From Octopus vulgaris (taxonomy: Eukaryota): a stretch of DNA of 64,000 nt. The first letter of the stretch is position 1; every line of letters starts with the position of its first letter. Shown piece after piece: positions 60,494-64,000 of the stretch. The notes under the pieces were generated by a model. The model ran no database searches. It had not been told where the DNA came from and saw nothing but the letters and a program-made list of their open reading frames with translations. Where the stretch lies: the NCBI GenBank assembly GCA_951406725.2, contig OX597815.1:63426001-63490000 (forward strand), read 5' to 3'. Both the position numbers and the translations under genes were made by a program.

Positions 60494-61720
60494 ACATACG
60501 ATTTATGACTTCTTATGTCCATTCGAAGAATTTGCAGACATATGTAATCTATCAACGAACTTTGCGCAGGAATATGTCGACTTTAAGATAGAAACATCAA
60601 CTCTATATGTGTGCGCGCGCGCGTAAGTTTTAGAGATAGAGTGGGTATGTGTGTAAAAAAGAGAGAGAAAGAGAAAGAGAGAAATAATGTGAGAATCAGA
60701 GAGAGTGGGTGTATGCTTCTTTGTAAGATTGTGCTACGTTTTGATCCTAATGTGTCTTCGTATATGACTTTATGTCCATAGTTCTTAATCCAAATATTAA
60801 TGTATGTAGATATATTCTACGTATATTTACATACATGTTTATAGCTATATATTGGTCTTTATATAAGAATACATGCCGTGCATATACATACTATAATGCT
60901 TAACATATATATATACCTATGTGTATGTATGTATATACTTGTGTGCGTGCGTGTGTGACAGAAATTTCGCATATAGGAAGCATAGCATAAGTGATGACTG
61001 TCTTGGAATTAATTAGTCTTAAATTTATTTAAGTTTATTCAAATTGATAATCGCAACTTTTGTAATAATACATTTGGTGTTTTTTTTATTTTAATGAAAC
61101 AGGTGTCGAGCACAATTTAAGTATGGAATTTATACTTTCCTTATCTTATTGTAAATATGTTGCTCTCAAAGATATTTTTAATAAAGTATTGGAGTTTAAC
61201 CGTTTATTGATTGATATATTAATTACCGTTGATATATTCTTTCATGTTTGTACATCAGTTCCCTATATGAATATATTGCATGTGTGAGTGTTTGTGTGTG
61301 TGCGTGTGTGTATGTGTTGCTGTGAGTGAGTGTGTGTGTGTGCATGTGTGTGTGTGCGCGCGCGCGTATAATTTACTGGAAACTAAAATTTCGCAAATCC
61401 CTAGAGTTTTTCGTTGACGATGTTCGGACGATTATGAAAGCTGGAAACAAAAATTCAGTATTTAAAACCCATGCTGCGAAGTTATCTGAATATATATATT
61501 CCACGTCGTAAAAAAGATAGGTTTGGTAAGAAAAAAAAAATCACTAGATGCTTCAGATATATTTTTATTCCTAACAACAATTATTTGGAATATTTGCTTG
61601 GGAAATTATATCCAGTGGATCTCGAAGCAACTCCATAAATGAGACTAACTATTTAGATGTTAAGGTGGTTACTGTATATGGTTAGCATTCATAATAACAG
61701 CTAATATTAATTTCTACGTT

Positions 61721-61907
61721 AAGGTGGCGAGCTGGGAGAATCGTTAGCAGGTAGGGCAAAATGCTTAGCAGCATTTCGTCCGTCTTCAGGTTCTGAGTTC
61801 AAATTCCACCGAGATCGATTTTTGCCTTTCATCCTTTCTGTGTTGATAATGTAAGTACCAGTTGAGCACTGGGGTCGATTTAATCGGCTTCTCCCCTCAC
61901 TCAAAAA
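61721..61907 (+). mobile_element. SINE family A
   Basis: aaggtggcgagctgggagaatcgttagca...gagttcaaattcc. Confidence 0.85.
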
Positions 61908-62344
61908 TTGAAACTAATACAAATTTATAGACTGCATGGTTGCCATTGGCCTGATAATAGATTTCCTCTTTGGATAGCATATAATGTGCATTTCAGTCAA
62001 GTTTTTAAATACCGTAGAAATATAAATGAGGTTGAATTGTTTGGGAATAAGGTTAAAAAGTTAATGGTGCATGTGGAAAAACAAGGTTAAAGTAGTAAAG
62101 GGTTGGTTAATTGCTTGGGGAGAAACATGGTGAACGTTTGAGAGAATATAGAATGATCTCAGGTTTACAGCCGAGCAAGGAATTGTAAGGAGTTTTAGCT
62201 TAAGGTGAGGTTATATCACTGTTTAGCAGTTTTTGAGTTGATTGTCATTCATTGTCGTGTGTAACGTCACTTCCACTTCCATAGGTATGGACTTCCGCCT
62301 GTTGATCGCTAATGATCTCTTAGCATTCTTTTCTTTTCTACTAT

Positions 62345-62480
62345 AGGCACAAGGCCCAAAGTTTTGGGGGAGGGAACCAGTCGATTAGATCGGCCCCAGT
62401 GCACAACTAGTACTTATTTATCGACCCCGAAAGGATAAAATGCAAAGTCGACCTCAGCGGAATTTGAACTCAGAACGTAA
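62345..62480 (-). mobile_element. SINE family A, 3' part
   Basis: aggcacaaggcccaaa...tcgaccccgaaaggat...ggaatttgaactcagaacgt. Confidence 0.85.
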
Positions 62481-63065
62481 ACAATGATCTTTTAGTATTT
62501 TGGCAGCAATGGGTTTGCATGTAAGTGTGGCTTTCATTAATTTCTTTGCAACGCGTGGAGTTGTGTTACCTTATACTTAGAACAATTTTATGATGATATA
62601 TTTGTTTTACCAATTTTAAATGTTTGTAGACGTTAAGCGTATATGTTAATGTTGTTTATTCTATAATTTCAGTGTCGTTTAAGTTGTTACCAAATAACAG
62701 GAACACTATGTCGTTTAATTAGTCCTGGATTATTCAGCCCCTTTGTAGTTGGGACGTTTAACTTATGCCTTAATCTGTTTCAGTATGGTAGTTTTTGCCA
62801 TGCCTATATTATTTTATATTATATATTTTATACATAATATTCTTGTAATTCAATTCTATTTTTATTTCAATTTATTTTACTTTCATTTTACTTTTAATTA
62901 GTAATTTATTCAGTTAATTTATTTTATAAACTGAACATATAAATTTAATAGATATTGATCTATGCTTGTATTTTTCCCTGTACATCGTTTGAAAACGTTG
63001 ATTGAAGGGTGTAATGTTCCGCTAGTTTATATTTCATGCTTTTGGTGTGGTTTCATGTTTCATAT

Positions 63066-63472
63066 ATTCTTTTGTTCTTTTACTTGTTTTAGTCATTAGA
63101 TTGCGGCCATACTGGAGCACCGCATTGAAGGGTTTTTTAGCAGAATAAATCGACACCCCAGCACTTATTTCTTAAGCTTGGTACTTATTTCATCGGTCTC
63201 TTTTGCCGAACCCCTAGGTTACATGGACGTAAACACACCAGCATCAGTTGTCAAACGGTGTGGGGGATAAATGCATACACACACACACACATATATATGC
63301 ATATACACGACGGGATTCTTTCAGTTTCCATCAACCAAATCAACTCATAAGGCTTTGATCGGCCCGAGGCTATAGTAGAAGACACTTGCCCAAGGTTCCC
63401 CGCAGTGGAACGGAACGTGAAACCATGTGGTTGGGAAGCAAGCCTATTACCACACAGCCACGCCTGCGCCTA
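63066..63472 (-). mobile_element. SINE family B, full length
   Basis: Ends ttaccacacagccacgcctgcgccta; colinear with 13149-13528. Confidence 0.9.
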
Positions 63473-63599
63473 TGATATGATATAAATTCAGGAAAAACAT
63501 ATCAAGTATATAGTGAGAATTTACAAAAAAAAAGAAAAAAAAAAAGACGAATACGTGCGTAAATAGCAAACAGGTATATTAGTTTAACAATCGGTTAGT

Positions 63600-63635
63600 C
63601 TTTTACGTTTCGAGCCTACGCTCTTCGACAGAAAG
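63600..63635 (-). ncRNA. Minimal hammerhead-like motif, variant core CUGUCGA
   Basis: Minus strand cttt-CTGTCGA-a-gagc(gtag)gctc-GAAA-CGTA-aaag; same family as 57570-57700. Confidence 0.6.
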
Positions 63636-63904
63636 GTACTCAGAAATAAACTGGGAGAGAAAATAGAAAAAGGTTTAGTAGCTAGCAATCTATCATGGAG
63701 AATCTAGTAGTCTATGATCATTATGTAATTTATGTGTTTTAAATTCTGGGTTTACTGTTCTTTGTGTTGGTCTATCATGTTAGGTATTGGTTATTGAATA
63801 AGTTTTAAAACTCAATAAGTTTAGTTCTATTTTGTACTCTAATTTAAGAATCTCAATTTCTTTAAAGATATTGTTTTGTGACAACTATTTAATATTAGTT
63901 TCAA

Positions 63905-64000
63905 ATTTGGCACAAGGCCAGCAATTTCAGGGGGAGTGGGTAAGTCGATTAGATCGATCCCAGTGCTCAACTGGAACTTATCGACTCCGAAAGGATGAAA
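63905..64000 (-). mobile_element. SINE family A, cut by the window edge
   Basis: ttggcacaaggccagcaattt...gtcgattagatcgatcccagtgctcaactgg. Confidence 0.8.

Overview
AT-rich, extremely microsatellite-dense eukaryotic DNA. The SINE types and repeat style point to an octopus/coleoid cephalopod genome (inference from recalled repeat sequences, not a database result). I see no host protein-coding exon; nearly all ORFs in the track are microsatellite artefacts. Real coding remnants are all transposon-derived: several (TAA)n-targeting R4/Dong-type LINEs with restriction-like endonuclease (one with an uninterrupted 485-codon frame), a 5'-truncated CR1/L2-group LINE, degenerate RTE LINEs, two copies of a maT/mariner-type deletion derivative, and a Penelope-type GIY-YIG fragment. 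Two abundant tRNA-derived SINE families and a ~560-bp non-coding (TAA)n-targeted element are also present. The most striking unexplained structure is a set of short, non-coding, (TA)n-embedded elements from many different families. About a dozen carry type I hammerhead-ribozyme-like motifs, several with non-canonical cores or long stem II. About 11 are fold-back palindromes with a single unpaired 3' tail. Together they look like a diverse Penelope-like/retrozyme-like system of ribozyme-bearing hairpin retroelements. All coordinates and alignments were read by eye.
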